Origin: Escherichia coli
Lineage (GTDB): Bacteria > Pseudomonadota > Gammaproteobacteria > Enterobacterales > Enterobacteriaceae
NCBI RefSeq assembly: GCF_003334765.1
Contig: NZ_QOWT01000001.1
Reading direction: 5' to 3' (one strand)
Length of the DNA stretch: 64,000 bases
A model generated the notes under the pieces. The model made no database searches. It saw only the letters and a program-made list of their open reading frames with translations, and was not told the DNA's origin. Position numbers and translations under genes: made by a program. Position 1 is the stretch's first letter, and the number at the start of each line of letters is the position of its first letter. This document shows positions 62,244 through 64,000 of this stretch, in pieces.

Positions 62244-63539
62244 TTAATTTTTCATTGCTTCGTTATGGGGCATGGTTGGGGCAAACTCGCTTAACTGTGT
62301 ATTTAACAAAGCTACCTGTGCATTATTGTTTTCAGACATCCATTTTCCGTATACCTGAAATACCATTTGCGCATCTGCATGGCCCATCTGGTTTGCTATA
62401 AATGCCGGGTTAGCACCAGCTGTCAGCGACCAGCAGGCATAAGTATGTCTCGACTGATATGATTTTCGATGGCGGAGTCCGGCACGTTTTATCGCTGCGT
62501 CCCACATCTGCCTTATTGAGTCAACGGTAAAATGGTCACCATAATTTTTTACTCTCGCTGACACTTCAGGTTGAAAAACAAAGGTGCATTTTTGTTTTTC
62601 TGTTCTGCCATACTCTCTGAGGTGAACATCAATGATATGCTCTTTGCTCAGTCTCGTTAATGTCATCTGACTCCGGAGAGCGTCGATTGCTGGCTTAATA
62701 AGATGAATGACCCGATTGGTTCCCGCCTGTGTTTTTGGTACCGTGAAACGGTCTTTTGCTAAATTTCTCCTGATCATCATTGTTCCATTTTTCAGATCTA
62801 TGTCCTCCCATCCAAGTGCACACAGCTCACCAGGGCGAACTCCAGTATAAACAGAAACACACCATAAATTTTTTGCTTGCTGATTTCTGCACGCATCGAT
62901 AAGACGGATAAATTCTTCCCGCGAAAGAGGATCCGGAATGGTTCTTGATTCCTTTAATGGCGAGATCCCCTTAAACGGATTATCTGCCAGGTAACCGTTA
63001 TCAACACCAAACTGGAACACGGCGTTAAGATTTGTCATGTAATTATTTACAGTTACAGCCGATCTCCCTGGTTGTGTAACAATATAGTTACTTTTGGGGA
63101 TCTGGTATCCAGTCAGTAACTCTTTACGAACCTCCAGTAATTTTTCTTTATTAATCGATGAGGCAAGATTTTTTTCACCGATTATGCTCAGGATATTTTT
63201 GATGACGGCACGGTATGTGTTGAGTGATGTTTTGGCGACTTCAGTTTCTTTCAGTGCCAGAAATTTTTCAGCCAGTTCTTTTATGGTTAAATCTTGTCGG
63301 GCCTCACCAAATTTTTCCAGATTGCGTGAGGAGGGAAACTGTTTTGCATAGTCGAAAACACCAGTTTTTATTGCGTAACAAACAGAGGAGCGTAGTTCAC
63401 CTGCAACGCGCCTGTTTTTTGCTGTGTCAGGAACCCCCAGATTTTCCCTGACTCTTACGTCTTTATAAACAAACCAGATACGTAATTTCCCTCCATGGTT
63501 TTCCACGCCTGTCGGATATTTCATTTCAACTTCTCTCAT
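62244..63539 (-). CDS. intQ: phage tyrosine integrase
   Basis: 431-aa ORF (true start may be the internal MKYPTGVENHGG); C-terminal catalytic region with R...HxxR...Y-type motifs (HRKSYQSRHTYA...HADAQMVFQVYGKW). Confidence 0.8.
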   Translation of the reverse strand: MREVEMKYPTGVENHGGKLRIWFVYKDVRVRENLGVPDTAKNRRVAGELRSSVCYAIKTGVFDYAKQFPSSRNLEKFGEARQDLTIKELAEKFLALKETEVAKTSLNTYRAVIKNILSIIGEKNLASSINKEKLLEVRKELLTGYQIPKSNYIVTQPGRSAVTVNNYMTNLNAVFQFGVDNGYLADNPFKGISPLKESRTIPDPLSREEFIRLIDACRNQQAKNLWCVSVYTGVRPGELCALGWEDIDLKNGTMMIRRNLAKDRFTVPKTQAGTNRVIHLIKPAIDALRSQMTLTRLSKEHIIDVHLREYGRTEKQKCTFVFQPEVSARVKNYGDHFTVDSIRQMWDAAIKRAGLRHRKSYQSRHTYACWSLTAGANPAFIANQMGHADAQMVFQVYGKWMSENNNAQVALLNTQLSEFAPTMPHNEAMKN

Positions 63540-63558
63540 TAGTTAGTGTGGCTTTTAG

Positions 63559-63810
63559 TCAAGTAAGATGACGTCTTGGTCTCGCTGATGCCTGGCGCTC
63601 AATCCAGCGATCAATTTCTTCCAGGTTGTAAAAGCATGGACTGTTATCCCATGGCATACCGTCATGAGCGACATGCTTATATTCCCTTCCTTCCATAAAC
63701 GATTTTTCCCGGGCCTTTTTTAACGTACCTTTTTTTATTCCTTTCAGCGCAATTAACTGCTCTTCGGATACCCATTTGCCGGGAGAGACAATCATGATTA
63801 CTTCGCTCAT
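63559..63810 (-). CDS. excisionase-like protein (DUF1233-type)
   Basis: 83-aa ORF ...VSPGKWVSEEQLIALKGIKKGTL... immediately upstream of int; family assignment from memory. Confidence 0.55.
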   Translation of the reverse strand: MSEVIMIVSPGKWVSEEQLIALKGIKKGTLKKAREKSFMEGREYKHVAHDGMPWDNSPCFYNLEEIDRWIERQASARPRRHLT

Positions 63811-63882
63811 CGATTTCTTTATCTCTTACATCAGACGAGCGCCGGTTGCAGAATACCAGTCACAACCGGCGACAGTTGAACA

Positions 63883-63999
63883 TTAAGAATCAGCCTGACT
63901 CGGGATCAGTTTTTGCCAGATAACTGAAACGTATTTTGCCTGGTAACGGGCGTCATCAAGTGCATTATGGCGCTCACCTTCGAATGGAATAGCCGTTCT
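63883..63999 (-). CDS. 3' end of a DEDDh-type (DnaQ-like) exonuclease gene, partial at window edge
   Basis: minus strand translates to RTAIPFEGERHNALDDARYQAKYVSVIWQKLIPSQADS then stop; HNALDDA resembles Exo III motif. Confidence 0.4.
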   Translation of the reverse strand, partial: RTAIPFEGERHNALDDARYQAKYVSVIWQKLIPSQADS

Positions 64000-64000
64000 G

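Larger units (their letters stand above)
62207..64000. mobile_element. right end of Qin-like lambdoid prophage (int, xis-like, exonuclease fragment); continues beyond window
   Basis: tyrosine integrase and excisionase-like gene directly abut the truncated ydfJ next to rspB. Confidence 0.75.

Overview
This window reads as a contiguous stretch of Escherichia coli K-12-like chromosome (about 36-37 min, replication-terminus side), in inverted orientation relative to the usual reference. Gene order is tyrS'(3' end)-pdxY-gstA-dtpA-nth-rsxEGDCBA-ydgK-cnu-blr-ydgJ-add-malYX-malI-hdhA-uidR-uidA'-'uidB-uidC-ydgA-manA-fumA-fumC-tus-rstBA-ydgC-folM-ydgI-ydgH-pntAB-tqsA-mdtJI-ydgD-ydgU-asr-ynfM-ynfL-mlc-ynfK-clcB-dmsD-ynfHGFE-ynfD-ynfC-speG-ynfB-ynfA-rspAB, ending in the right edge of a Qin-like lambdoid prophage (ydfJ' stub, integrase, excisionase-like gene, exonuclease fragment). 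All identifications rest on reading the supplied translations and recalling K-12 proteins and synteny; no database search was run. Nearly every ORF over 100 aa is accounted for by a known core gene, so I do not see a novel multi-gene system here. The one clear structural anomaly is an apparent ~1 kb deletion fusing a truncated uidA to a 5'-truncated uidB. Secondary points are the prophage junction in ydfJ, the 96-bp in-frame tandem repeats in rsxC, the TerB site upstream of tus, MalI operator palindromes, and a few hairpins and one candidate small ORF in intergenic regions.
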